From the NCBI GenBank assembly GCA_951804945.1, contig OX638154.1, positions 47,244,001-47,308,000 on the forward strand: 64,000 nucleotides of DNA, written 5' to 3'. The position numbers and the translations under genes are program-made. Positions 1 through 13,220 of this stretch are shown in pieces; positions within the stretch are counted from its first letter, which is position 1, and each line of letters opens with the position of its first letter. The stretch comes from Podarcis cretensis. Taxonomy: Eukaryota. The notes beneath the pieces are model-generated. The model was given only the letters and a program-made list of their open reading frames with translations, did no database searches and was not told the DNA's origin.

Positions 1-1491
1 CAATCAAAAGCCCCTTTCCACCAATGCCTGGTGTTTGTCCACAGCATCTAGCGACAGTAATTATAGCCATAATAACATCCCCAGATAATAGGTAGGTGCC
101 ATATAGTGGATAAAGGCAGTGATCATTGCCTGCAGTATAATGATAGAGGTTGGGAACTCCATGTTCCCTTCAACAATGTCTAGTTTGGCCCTGATAGACA
201 AGGAAAGTGTGGAATGGAGCTCTATTAGACAGGAGGATGTGATCCTAATCGGGCAGATGCCCATAATGTGTATATGGATGTTACAACTGACTGAGGAAAT
301 GAATATTCTCTTTGACAAGCATTGCAAAAATAAGCAGAGACATCTTTGGAAAAACAGGTTCCCATGTCTTTGTTTTTGTTTTTTTTTTAGAAAATCTAAA
401 AACCCCACTTGTGTTTTTGTTCTGCCAAGTATTTTCGGCGCTTGATTTCCAGCACAGTAGTTTTATGGAAAACTAAAAGTTTGCATCAAGCATTTTTCAT
501 ATTGCAGGGGAAATGAACATTCTGTTCCATTCAAAAGCTTTCTTTTTTATATGAAAAGGGGGAATCATGTTTTCTTCTTGACAAAAGCATTCCAACCACT
601 GTCTTTTTAAATTCTCTGTACAAAGGCAGCTAGAGAAAACTCTATCTCCACTTAATTTCATAGTCATTGTGGCTGTGCACTGAGCTCTGGCACATTTATT
701 TTCAAAATACCGCTTGAAGAGCCAGGGTAGTGGCTTTTTTCAAAGGCAAAGGGAATGGGCTCCATATTTTTCTTCTACCTGGTTCACTAGGTAGCTGAGC
801 AGCTTAGTTAATTAATGCCTGTAAGGCACTCAAGATTCCCTGATGAAAGGTGCTAATGAAGTGCAAAATATTAATTACTGTTGTTAATAGTGGGCCAAAG
901 TCTGAAGCTATTAATTAGTTTATCTGCAGACATCTCCCACTCCAAAAATAAAAAATAATAAAAAATAATCACTGACTTCAATGAGTCAAGAATCCCTGAC
1001 ATTTTCATGCCCACAAACTATTATTTCACTAGTACTTCCAGACTGGAAATAGGAAAGCAACTACTTTAGAATATCCACAGCATTAACACTGTTCCACTTG
1101 ACCTTTGCTAAGAGCCCTCTTCTATTAAGCAATCTAATCTGCCTGGTTTCTCAGCAGGCAAATTAGAGCAGCCATCAGTGTAAATGTAGAGTATGGTTAC
1201 CGTTTACTTTTGCTTCTCAGTGACCATAATGTCAGAGGTGAAAAGTCTTGACATGTGTGATGGGGGAGGGGAAAAACTTTCTTGATATAGGTTGATACCT
1301 TGATCTATCTAAAAGTTCAAGACTGATTCCAAAGTTACCATGAAATCATGCTAGTTATATGCTGGAAAACAGTTTTTGTGTCAGGACTGGGTGGGTAGGT
1401 GGATGGCGAAAGTGTCTCACATTTATTAGCTCTGCAATCACAATAGAATGGACAAATGCCCAATTAAGAGGTGACCATTATACCTGATCGG

Positions 1492-1838
1492 TATACCGGA
1501 AGGAGCGTCTCCACCCCCATTGTTCTGCTCAGACACTGAGGTCCAGTGCAGAGGGCCTTCTGGCGGTTCCCTTGCTGCAAGAAGCAAAGTTGCAGGGAAC
1601 CAGGCAGAGGGCATTCTTGGTAGTGGTGCCCACCACGTGGAATGCCCTCCCAGCAGATGTCAAAGAAATAAACAACTATTGGACTTTTAGAAGACATCTG
1701 AAGGCAGCCCTGTTTAGGGAAGCTTTTAATACTGGTTGAATCATTGTTTTTTAATATTCTGCTGGAAACTGCCCAGAGTGGCTAGGGAAACCCAGCCAGA
1801 TGGGTGGGGTATAAATAATAAATTATTAATAATAATAA
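1492..1838 (+). mobile_element. L2-clade LINE 3' fragment (5'-truncated) with AT-rich tail
   Basis: Closely matches the 3' end of the L2 copy at 7170-8026 (gaaggagcgtctccaccccc...agaagacatctgaaggcagccctgttt...gggtataaataataaattatt). Confidence 0.9.
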
Positions 1839-2109
1839 CCATTAAGCAGAGAAGTGCCACTGCCATTGGCACCAATTTTGACAAGATCACAGCCATTTGG
1901 CACAAGGTCTGACCCCAAATAGGCATGATCCTGCCTAAAATCTGCACAGATGTTGGTGCTGCTTTTTTGCAGACAGCAGGTGGGGCATGGCGCATGGCAG
2001 TGGCAAAACAGGTGATGGCAGCAGGAACAGATAGGTGGTGGCAGGAGGACAAAGCCACCAGGACAAAGTGGCACATCTCGTTTCATCTCAAGTGGTGAAA
2101 TGGGACTCT

Positions 2110-2770
2110 CTGCCCCTGCTGATGGCACTACCATACAGATCTCCCCAGCAGCTCTCAAGTCACAAGCTGGTTGGTATATACAGTGGCTGGCTCTCCAGTA
2201 ACTTGGCCTCCACTTATATGTGGGTTTATACGTCAGAACTAAAACAATGAATTTAACTCGGTAGCTAATTGGCAACCACTGCAAATGTTTCAGCTGCATT
2301 TTGCAATTGCTGCAGCTTCCAGACTGTCTCCAAGGACAGCCCCACTTTGAGGGCATTGCAGTAATCCATATGGGAATTTACTAGAGCATGGAACACAGTG
2401 ACCCAATTTTCCCTGTCCAGGAACAGCCATCTGAATCTGGAAATAGACACTTGGGCCTCCAGCAACAAGGTGGAATCCAGGAACACTTCCAGCAACCCCA
2501 TCTAGAATAGCTTTTGCACCTAATTCCCAGATACATCAATCCACCGTGCCTCCATCTTGCCAGGATTCAACTTCAGTTTGTTGACCCTCACCCATCCCAT
2601 TATCACCTCCAGACTCTGATCCAGTACCTGCATGGTGTCACCTGCTTCTGATGACGTGGACAAATGGGAGAATCATCAGCATACTGACAACACCTTGCCA
2701 CAAAATTCCTGATGATGATCACTCCCAACAACTTTAAGCAGACATTAAAAATGGGTTTCCTACATGGTTG
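2110..2770 (-). mobile_element. Older, degraded L2 LINE ORF2 (RT C-terminal) fragment
   Basis: Minus-strand ORF pieces CQYADDS (RT YADD motif), HALVNSHMDYCNALKVGLSLETVWKLQQLQNAA and LQWLPISYRVKFIVLVLTYK, spread over several frames. Confidence 0.85.
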
Positions 2771-4924
2771 GGTGGTCATCTGTATGAGTAACCTGTGGCT
2801 GACAGTGTTGAGGAAAGGAGACATGTCCCTGCACTATAAAGTTTCATGGCTATGTGGTAAGGCAGGGTATAAATTTAAGTAAATGGATTAAAGAAATCAC
2901 TTCAGTTCCAGTTGCTGGAGCCTCCAAATCAGAGTGTCATGACTTTCTGATCCTCAGACATCATAGTTAAGTCACAACTCCACCTCTGAAGCCTCCAGGG
3001 AAACATACAGAGCATGTGGAAGGCAGAGTCGTGAAGAAGCATCATAATGAGAGAGGTCAAAGGAGACAACTATCTTCTTTATATCTCTCAGTCGATTAAG
3101 AGATTGTTCCTAAAACACCAGGGGAGAATGAAAACATATATCACCTGAATCGGCCGGGGACAGGCAATAAAACAAAAATAAAAAGGGAATATAATTTATG
3201 AGGCACAGTAAAAAATATCCTGGGAACTGGGTTATGGAGAAGAATTCATTCAATCTGATTCAGTGCATCTTTTAAAAATGATGAAGTATATTACAGACCT
3301 TCCTTGTAGTTGAAAAAATGAGGGAGGGAATCTGTTTTCCCCACCCACTCAAGGCTTCTTCAGTCATAGGCCACTTTGCCCTCTGAAACCTTGCAATGAA
3401 GAAGCAAAGTTCATTGTTTCTAATATCCTTTCCAAATGTTGGTGTTTTTCAGAAGGTGAAAGCGCAGTTGTTACTATTAGACATTATGGGTGATGCAGCC
3501 AGTATCCCCCCAGCCAATCATCAATTCCTGTGAAGTCTCATTTTCCCAGCACTAAAATTGGCAACACCCTCTGCAACTGCAATTTCCCCCAAAATTGACT
3601 CTGGGGGACAGAGGCACCATCTTCTGAAGAACATTGAGGGGGCCCAATGCAACCTTCTCACATTGTGCACATGACATCATGCAATGCCCTGATGTCACTC
3701 CATGACCAGCTCTGTGTTTAGCCTCAACAATGGGGGGCAGCAACCCACAGATTGAGGGGGCCCATAGAGCCTCAGCCCAAAGGAGCCAGCACCTATGCTG
3801 GGGGGAATTGCAAGAATCCCCAGAACAGTGCATGTGGGGAGGAGAGGCAGATTGTTCCATCTGGCAAGCTGCAATGCTTGTGCAGAGGGAACAGATTAAT
3901 GTTGAATTCCACCCACTGTAACCTTTATTTGTAGAGGATCTCCTCCAGCTTCATGACCATTTTAGTTGCCCTTTTCTGCACATGTCTCCCAGTTGCCTGA
4001 ATCCACCCTGAAGTGCTTCAAAAAAATAAAGAATCTAACTTGACCAGAGACTGCAGAGGGGGGAAGTGTTGCATGCATGGGTATAAACCCAAAGGGAGTA
4101 ACAATAGCTCCATAATACAATCTTCAAGCCTCTAAACATCACTGTCTGCGTGTACACGACATAGAACTCCACAGTCCATGCATCAATTTCCTAAGAATAA
4201 CAGCAGAGATGGGGGAGAAGGAGGCATACATAGGTGTGTGGAGAAAATGAGACACATATCTCAGCCAAGGGAAGGCTACCTGAAATATAAATATGACGGT
4301 GAAGAGGTCTGGGACATGGACCCGCTCCATGCTCCCTCGAAAGAGGTCTTTGGAGAAGCTCTGACCTTGTGCACATGAAAGAGAAATGGTTCTTTGTAGG
4401 AAGTTTCTCCTTCTTTAAGATCTGGATGGAGTGCCCATCCCTACTGCCAGCTCAGCTCCCTTTGCCTGCCCAGCAGGTAATTAAACCTTTTATTCCAAGT
4501 CTCGAGGCATCAAACATGCCCATCAAAGGGTGAACCCCTGGCAAGCAGGTTAACTGGCTTTATAAAGACCATGAGAGGAATGGGACTGGGATGCTCCCAG
4601 AGCAGTTCTCACAAGAAAGTTTACTTTCAGTGGGTGAAATTCAATGTCACACTCTTCCGGCTGTTCCATTTGAACAATCATTTCAGCTAGTCATATGGAA
4701 CAATCTAACCCCCACCCCCACTCCATCTCCTTCTGCTGGTGCCACCACAACTCATTTTGCCATCTGCAAATGGAGTGGCAAATGATGGGAAGCATGCAGA
4801 GAATTGTGCTCCCCGCAAAGAGGCAGTAATCTGAACACATAAACACATGAGCCCAATGGACAATTAAAGTCATTGATTTCAACCAGCTCCTGTAGCTGAC
4901 ATGGCACGAGGTGGTATTCTTAGT

Positions 4925-5103
4925 GGGAATGGCCATAGATTAATGTTTGAGCACATGCCTCACATGCCAAAATGGTCCCAGGTTCATTTTTACATATACA
5001 AGTAAAGATGGGAAAGACACGCTGTCTGAATCCCTCCAGGTAGACAGTACTGAGCTAGATGGCCTAATGGTCTTATGAGTATAAGGCAGCTTCCCATATT
5101 CCA
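4925..5103 (+). mobile_element. Degraded tRNA-headed squamate SINE (Squam2-like)
   Basis: Decayed tRNA head (ggccatag...gagcacatgc...ggtcccaggttc) and 3' part gtagacagtactgagctagatgg...gtataaggcagcttcc; an inverted relative lies at 31840-31995. Family name from memory. Confidence 0.6.
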
Positions 5104-5189
5104 TCAGAACTTGTGCACAATATAAGAGGTGCAAAAGGTCTCAACCAGCAAATGGATGCCTTTTAGGACTTGAGAGACTGAGGGGCACA

Positions 5190-5320
5190 GAACAGCAGGA
5201 GTGACTAAGCTGTGGACCTCCACCTCTAACTCTCATCAGACCCAGCTGGAATGGCCAGTGGCCAGAGATGAGAGATGTAGTCCAACAACATCTGGAGGGC
5301 CACATGTTAGCCACCCCTGT
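5190..5320. mobile_element. Short palindromic MITE family (hAT-like); related copies near 6420-6565, 8360-8485, 11400-11520, 12050-12165, 59390-59490
   Basis: Shared core ...actcccatcatcc...ggcca...gatgggagttgtagtccaacaacatctggagggccaca with internal dyad symmetry; related to the copy at 30943-31075 that has an 8-bp TSD. Confidence 0.7.
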
Positions 5321-6286
5321 TGGTGCCATAATAAAATGTGTTGGTCTTCCTTGGTCTTTGTTGTTTTTGCTGCCACAATCCAGCATGGCCACCCTTCTGG
5401 CAATAGCTCAAAAATATATAATGTGCCTATGGTCCTGGGATCCAAAGTGTCAGACGGCTCATTCTTGTAAGGAACATCTATCAGCTTCTTTGTGAACGAC
5501 AGCAGATTTGTTTTAAAGGTCTCAGAACCTTAAAGTTTTCCTAATTGAAAAAAAGTCCTATGGTGCCCTCATCCCTTGCCCTTTGCACATTGGATACAAC
5601 AGAGCAGATGCAGGCATTACCTTACACCAGGAAATTAAAATCAGATAAGAGGCCAGGTCCCTACTCGCTGCCCTGTGGAGTTTGATCTTTCACCAAGAAT
5701 TCATATTAGAGAGGAGATGATGAGATCTCGTGTTATTGCTTGTAACAAAGCACCACAAAGGTCATGAGCTGTCTAATACAGAGAAGTTGATCTGTATGTG
5801 CCTCTGAGACACTCCTAGATTGACTTACTGCAATGCCTTGTTTGTCAAGGTATCTGGAAATTTAGCAGTATTTGCCAACCTGTTTGGAATACAAAAGACT
5901 CAATGGCTTTGACAAAGTCTTAAGGAATTCATCATCTGTTCTTTTCCTGTTTTCAATAACATTCAGTCCCCTTTGCATGTAAATCCCACTTGGGTGGTTT
6001 GAACATAAACAGTAAGACTTTGAACAGAAGCCTTCACAAGCCAAAGTGTCCTGTTCAAGCACAGCAGGAAGAAGTTTTTGTTGTACTGCAATCCTCCCAC
6101 CCACCCAACCCGCCAAAAAACCACGCTAGTCTCAGCAGAAATTTTCAACTTTCACTAGATTGTTTTGACCATGATCATTAAGAAATTTCAAAACATTCAT
6201 AGGACATTTCTCTGTTTTTGTGATAGTTTAGAACAGTTATCAATAAAAGAGAATCCAAGTGGAAAACTATTTTAAGGATTTTATAT

Positions 6287-6320
6287 ATATTTATTTATTT
6301 ATTTATTTATTTATTTATTT
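6287..6320. repeat. (TTTA)n microsatellite
   Basis: Direct reading of the tandem repeat. Confidence 0.9.
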
Positions 6321-7169
6321 GTTGTTTCTTTTTTAAAAAAACTTCATTTGAAACCAATGTCTCAGAAAGTACAGTTGCAGGGTTTTAATATGCAGAGATT
6401 TATGTTTTATTCTAATTCATAAGGTGACCCTTCACCAAACTAGTACACTCTAGATATTTTGGACTACAACTCCCACCATCCCCGGCCATTTGCCATGCCG
6501 GCTGTAGATTATAGGAGCTGGAGTTCAACAAGATATGGATAATATCAAGTTGGGAAAGGCTTCATAAGACTACCTGTTAAGCACAATATCATTGGAAGAT
6601 GATCCACATTTAGGAACTGTAGTACTTACTTATGAATTGGCATGTACAGAATGGCACTGTTGACAATACATACTGAGGATTTCCCTTCTAAGTGTCAGGC
6701 CCTGGTTGGCATGAAACACTCTAAGCTCCTGCCAAACTCAGCCTGATAGTACTTTTCTGAGTCTTTCAGTGCCTTCCAACTCTTTCCCTACACCTTGCCT
6801 GGATGAAAACTCAAAGCATTGTACAGAGCTCCAAAGAACTGATAAGAAGCATATCCATTGCTTAGCTTCCTTAATTTATTCATTGCAAAGCTCATTTTGA
6901 TTTTGGCTTGATTCTCTTTTACTCTGATTACAGATTTCTTAAGTTGTGGCCTGGATGTGTGTTTTTGATACAATTTGTGAATGGCATTTCCATACTGGAA
7001 AGCATTTTATTCAGCAGTCTACTGAATACTGTTCTACTGCCAAACAATCTCATCCACTGGGAAGTTTTCCTGGGCGAGCTTCATTGAAATGGATGGGATC
7101 CATGCAAAAACACCACAAATCCAGCTCACAATGAGCAGCAAGATATGAAAGTAGGTGCATTGGTGCCAT

Positions 7170-7986
7170 TTGAATCCTGACAAGACAGAAGTACTGTTTC
7201 TGGGGGACAGGAGGCGGGCAGGTGTGGAGGACTCCCTGGTCCTGAATGGGGTAACTGTGCCCCTGAAGGACCAGGTGCGCAGCCTGGGAGTCATTTTGGA
7301 CTCACAGCTGTCCATGGAGGCACAGTTTAAATCCGTGTCCAGGGCAGCTGTGTACCAGCTCCATCTGGTACGCAGGCTGAGACCCTATCTGCCTGTGGAC
7401 TGCCTCGCCAGAGTGGTGCATGCTCTGGTTATCTCCCGCTTGGATTACTGCAATGCACTCTACGTGGGGCTACCTTTGAAGGTGACCCGGAAACTACAAC
7501 TAATCCAGAACGCAGCAGCCAGACTGGTGACTGGGAGCGGCCACCGAGACCATATAACACCGGTCTTGAAAGACCTACATTGGCTCCCAGTACGTTTCCG
7601 AGCACAATTCAAAGTGTTGGTGCTGACCTTTAAAGCCCTAAACGGCCTCGGTCCAGTATACCTGAAGGAGCGTCTCCACCCCCATCGTTCTACCCGGACA
7701 CTGAGGTCCAGCACCAAGGGCCTTCTGGCGGTTCCCTCACTGCGAGAAGCCAAGTTACAGGGAACCAGGCAGAGGGCCTTTTCGGTAGTGGCGCCCTCCT
7801 TGTGGAATGCCCTCCCACCAGATATCAAAGAGAACAACAACTACCAGACTTTTAGAAGACATCTGAAGGCAGCCCTGTTCAGGGATGCTTTTAATGTTTG
7901 ATGTATCATAGTATTTTAATATTCTTTTGGAAGCCGCCCAGAGTGGCTGGGGAGGCCCAGCCAGATGGGCGGGGTATAAATAATAA

Positions 7987-8026
<40 letters not shown>
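7170..8026 (+). mobile_element. Young 5'-truncated L2 LINE; uninterrupted ORF2 C-terminal frame (ORF 7155-7901) plus 3' UTR and (TTA)n tail
   Basis: LNPDKTEVL...RSLGVILDSQLSM...ISRLDYCNALYVGLP...LQLIQNAAARLV...HITPVLKDLHWLPV...RAFSVVAPSLWNALP are L2 ORF2 hallmarks; (TTA)n tail at about 7988-8026. Confidence 0.95.
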
Positions 8027-8028
<2 letters not shown>

Positions 8029-8583
8029 TTGCTCATGGTGGATCCCTCAGATCAGTAGTTTGCTGGACATAGACACAGATCGGGCTAATAAAGAAGGTTA
8101 CCCTGATAGTTTATAAAGCAGGTTCAGGGAAGCAAGCATGTGAGCTCTGCTGCAAAAGAAGGGATCAGAAGAGTTTTGGTGCCTGGTTTGATACACCATT
8201 GTTATTCTCTCCAGGACTAAGCTAATCATTGGACATATCTAAGTACTTCCCTCTTTCAGCAGCAGCATAAAATCAAAATTGGGTATCTGGTACAGGGCAG
8301 GCACCCTGTCAAACTTGGCTTTCATTTAAAAGAGGGAGAGAAGTCTCTAGTCCATGCATAAGAAACCTTTGACCTTTCAGATGTTGCTAGAGTGCAACTC
8401 CCATCATCCTGCGACAGTGGTCATGCTGGCTGGGGTTGATGGGAATCCAACAACATCTGGTGAGATAGAAGTTCCACATTCCTGCTGTAGTCCTCTTGCT
8501 TATAGGGAATCATAAAACTGTGGGCCTTGTAAGCCATTTAGTCCAATTCCTGCTCAATGCATGGAACCCAGATATAGGGTATC

Positions 8584-8830
8584 CATAAGAACATAGGAAG
8601 AGCCTGCTGGAAACAAGCCTGTGGCCCATCTAGATGAGCATCATGTTCTCATAGTGGCCAACCATGGGAAGCCAACAAACAGGATCTGAGTGTAACAGCA
8701 TTCGCCCCTCCCACAACTGATTTTCAGAAGCATGCTGCCTCTGACAGCAGAGGCAGAACATAGCAATTAGGGTTAGCAGCCATTAATAGTCTCCTCCTCC
8801 ATGAATTTGTGTAATGCGCTTTTAAAGCCA
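8584..8830 (-). mobile_element. CR1-type LINE 3' end fragment; relatives at about 53510-53790 (-) and 56840-56995 (+)
   Basis: cataagaacataggaagagcctgctgga...tgttctcatagtggccaacc...agaagcatgctgcctctgac is the reverse complement of a CR1 3' end with a short tandem tail; three similar copies occur in the window. Confidence 0.7.
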
Positions 8831-10854
8831 TAGGTATGTCACCTCACGCAATATAGTACAGAAATTCTTCTTCTTGCTATTTCCACGAAAGAGCACCTGG
8901 GACACAAATGTAAGACAATGTTACTGACATATTCAAGATGCAACTGCCTCAAATGTTATCTCAGTCTTTCCATTTAACTGTCTAGTAACATGCCCTTAAT
9001 TATCTGTCAAGTCTGGCTCCACTTTGGGCAGGCAGCACCTGTCAAATCCATCTCTGCAATATGAATCGTGCCAACATGTCAGGGTGTCTGATCGCACCTC
9101 TTGACAGTTGCTGAAGGCACAAAGATCAAACCTTCAGTTCAAGCAACAGGGAAATATCACAGTTGCAGGTTTCACAGGGGCTAAATGAACTCAGCCTTTG
9201 GCAAGCCTTCTGCTCTCTATGCACTGGATTGCAGCAGACATTATAGTGTGATCTGGCTTAGCAAACATCTCTCTTCTGAATGCCAACAATTTTTTCAGGC
9301 AATGGATGTAATGGGGAATAACCAGAAAATATGAGGGACAATGGTCCAGCTTTGGTTTTTTGAAGTTATTTTTAATGTTCCTAAAATTATAAGCTTGAAG
9401 AATTTTGAAGATCAGGGATTGGCATAAGGCATTTTGCTGCCTGAAGTGAAGGACAAGATGGTGCCCCCTCTGTTGCATGTACAAAAGCAGACTGGACTGG
9501 AAGATGAATCTTATTTCAACACCGGCAATGGGCAAGTTCACCTGAGGGCAGCAGACTCACATCGGTGATGCAGTGCAGACCTTGTTGTACACATAGCTTT
9601 GTCCTCCAGCATCTGCTAGTCCTGAAACGTTTGTAGGAACTGCTCTTTCCTGTTGCTATTTGTCTGGACTGGTTATTCTGAACAAATGATTTCTTAACAA
9701 GTTTTTGTCGTTCTTTTATACACATAATTGAAGAGTGATAAAAAGCTGGGTTTTCCCCACTACATGAATACACATTATACAGTAACATACAGAATAAAGA
9801 AGCAAATCCTTTGTGGCAGTTGGTAGTGTGAGTATGGAACCAGGGGACCATTCTCAAGTTCTCTTAACAACCTTCGCTACTGTGTCACAGTCAGGAGTGT
9901 GGAAAGACTATTTCCCCACCATTTTAATCCTTCCTTATTGGTGAAGCGTGGCTTCCAATCCACTTTAGTGGCTTTTAACAGGCGGTTGTAATTATTCCCA
10001 ACTCACACAAACTGCAAAAGTGTGATTTTGTGTAAATGATGCATAGATTGGAATGGATTTCCAATTGAACCATGCTTGAGGAAATGGGGGGGGGGGAGAT
10101 GTGTTGGTATGAAATATGTAGGCTTTTCAACCCTGTTCTGTTATACATCCCTTAATTTCTTTATATTTACTATTAGGAAGTCAACATTGTAAATTTTTCA
10201 CAATAACGTGGCTGCACCCAGCAGTTCAGTGGTGCTCTTAAGGGATTCTGTCCTTAGGAATGCTGATCAACAGAAATCCTCTGTCAATTTGGAATGCAGT
10301 ATGATCAATGTGCTGATGAAACCCACCTCTATTTCCCCCTGCCCCACTCCTATCAATTCCATGATTTAGTCCATGTAGAAAGACTGAACTGAAATCTCCT
10401 CTAGCCATTTTTCTGCCTCATTGGCAGATGATGAGATTGAGGACGTATTTTGATAATTTGAAGCAAGGTGTATATGTGGCTGAATTTACCCATAGTGGTA
10501 GCAGAATTCTTCTTAAAGTTGTCAACCACCATTTCCCCTTACAGGTTCCCACATAACACATCCATGCCAGTGCATAACATCATTCTGGGGAGATGTCTGG
10601 ATAAAGGGGGGGGGGCATTTTCCAACATCTTCCACTAAGGGAAGCAACACCATTGTGAAACTGGTGTTGATGAACAAAGGTGAGCTAGGTTTCAGGATCC
10701 ATCGTCCCCATCCATCATCCAATTTTGAGCGGAAAATTAACTATAAAATGTTTAGCTCAGTAATCCCTGAATTAATGCCTGAACACTGTTGTAGGCTGTG
10801 TTAAGCTAACAAGTTGAAGCTTACTAGAAAGAAGATAGGGATTATCATGTGAGT

Positions 10855-11170
10855 CCGCCTAGGGTCTTGGGGTGTATGGGGCATTAGGGGAGAGATAGTA
10901 CCTCTAGTGGGGGACACATCATGCTCCCTCTGGGATAGTTTGTCCACCTTTGGTCCCCACATTGCACTCTGCTCTCACCTTTGGCTCCTAGAAGCTGTCA
11001 GCATGCAACAGCGGCCACATCCCAGGAACGGCTTCTACTGGCCAGGTGAGAGTTGCCAATAGATTTCAAACCCTCAGTGAGTTAGGGTCTTACCCTGCAT
11101 ACAAAGGCAGGCTCTGTCAGATTGTGCAGACAAGACCAATAGTGAATCCACAGGGACAGAAGATCCCAAT
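10855..11170 (+). mobile_element. Probable RTE-clade LINE 5' UTR fragment
   Basis: gcactctgctctcacct.tggctcc...gctgtcagcatgcaacagcggccaca...ccaggtgagag...gtgagttaggg resembles RTE 5' leaders as I recall them; not verified by search. Confidence 0.5.
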
Positions 11171-12939
11171 GTAGATCTCTCCCCCCCGACACACACATTC
11201 CTGATTTAGCTCTTCACTCCTTCTTCTCCAGTGAGGAGGGAGGTGCCACTCTGTGGTTTGCCTCAGGTCCCAAAATTTATTGGGCCAGCCCTGGAGAGGA
11301 TATTACTTCCAGTGCAAGTTTTTCTGCATGTGTTCCTTGTTTGCTTGCAGACCCAATTCAAAGTAGTGCTGATTACCTTTAAAAGCATTTCAGTGCAGAC
11401 AGGGAACCTATGACCCTTCAGATTCCAGCTTTCATCAATCCCAGCCACCATGGCCAATAGGCAGGGATGACAGAAGCTGGAGTCCAACAACATCTGGAGG
11501 GCCACAGGTTCTCCATTTCTGCCTTACATGCTTGGAATCCATACCTTCAGGACTACATCCTCCAGAGTCAGGATTGTAAGGACACAGGATTCCACCTCCT
11601 CCATTGTGATCCCCACATTTTGGGAAGCATTGCCTCCTTATTGACTTTTTAGTAGCTAGTGAAAATAAAATTTTGGAAAGCATTTTATACTGGTGAAGAG
11701 CATATGGTGCTCATTCTTCTTTTATCTCTCTCTCTCTCATTCTTGTACTTTTAAATTGTTCAACAGATATTATAATGGATATTTTTGTGCCTTTTAAAAT
11801 GTACCTTGTATTTTTATGGTTGCGTCTTACAACTATGGTTCAGATTATTGTATTGTGTTTCACTGTTATCTCATGCATGTTGCACACTATTTTAAGTGCC
11901 ACTTCCTCGCTGTGAATTGCAACTAAATTTGACAAAATAAACACATAAATGTGTGTCTGTGTGTGTCCTGCCTTCCAGCTCATCCTTCCTTGGGAATTCC
12001 AAAAATCCCCAGCAGCAGTGTCTCAGAAGAGTTTGTGATGTCTTCTCTAATGTGGTGCTTTCCAGATGTTAGGGGATATAACAGTGACCATTGGCTATGC
12101 CGGCTGCAGCTGATAGGAGTTGGAATTGAACAACATCTGGAGGATACTAAGTAATGGAATGCTGGTTTGGGGGATATAACAAATTATATATTCATTCCCT
12201 GAAAGTGCATTTGCTGACAAACCTTTTCAAACAGACAAAATTAAGACCATTCCAGTGTCTTCATTACTGTATTTAATTAAGCAGATGTTTTCCTTAGTTT
12301 TGACATCTGGAGATTCCCATGTGATTTACATTTCTACTATGAAATTGTATACAGATGGTAAAACAAAAAACCTGAATATACCCTCCCACCTCTCAGGCAA
12401 TTGATGATATTTCCTCTATATAAACTGAGCTCTTAATAACTGCTCATTCTACCCTCCGCCTTTACTGTTAACTTCCAATTTTTCCTTGCATGCTTCCAAA
12501 TGAGTTTTGTAATGAATTCATAAATGTAAATAAGAATCCTTACAATGAAAGATTAGGCAATTGGAAAATGATTTAATTTTTCATCATTCTGGATTATAGA
12601 GTGCAGATATTTATATCAATTGAATGTGCACTTTTAAAGCAAATTTTGCAAGTTGGGTGTTTTTCTTAATCTGCTCCTTCTAGTCTTCTGAATACATGAT
12701 GAGAGTCTCAGTCATAAATGTAAAGTGCATGTGTTCTGTTTTGTATGTACCAAATGATTCATCTTTGATTAGCCATTCTATCACTAATTCAAGAGTTAAT
12801 TAATATGGGATATATTAAATCATGTCATATCAAGTTTTGCACAGTAACCCATAACTCAGAAATTATTATTCACTTTTTCAGCTAATAGCCTCATAATGAA
12901 GTTTTATACCAACTAATGAACAGGCCTTATACTGTCAGA

Positions 12940-13220
12940 GCCGTGGTGCTATTTAAAGAAAATGCTGCTTATAAGGCTGTAACCCTTGTAATGGTTTGTA
13001 ACCAGCTAGATTACTGGCCTGGGTTTCATTTAGAACTCATATTAACCCCTGCTTTAAATCAAATGCACTGGCTGCCAGTTTGTTTCCAGGCTCAATTCAA
13101 GGTGCTCATATTAGTGTTTAAAGCCCTGAATGACTTAGGCCCCAAATATCTAAAGGATAATCTCCTTCTCTACAGACTATTTCAGGTATTAAGATTGGCA
13201 GTGGGGACTCTCTAGGTAGC
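12940..13220 (+). mobile_element. Old L2 ORF2 fragment
   Basis: LNQMHWLPVCFQAQFKVLILVFKALNDLGPKYLKD in ORF 12916-13215. Confidence 0.85.

Noticed and set aside
61-445. Overlapping 115-aa and 108-aa ORFs
   Set aside because: No recognisable motifs or convincing splice-site pair; within chance expectation.
7460-8116. Antisense and poly-Ile/poly-Leu ORFs
   Set aside because: Shadows of the L2 ORF and its (TTA)n tail; the same applies to 46881-47642 and the plus-strand ORFs over CR1.
9561-9625. Minus-strand exon-like segment with a GTGAGT donor
   Set aside because: Weak acceptor; no frame gives a recognisable peptide.
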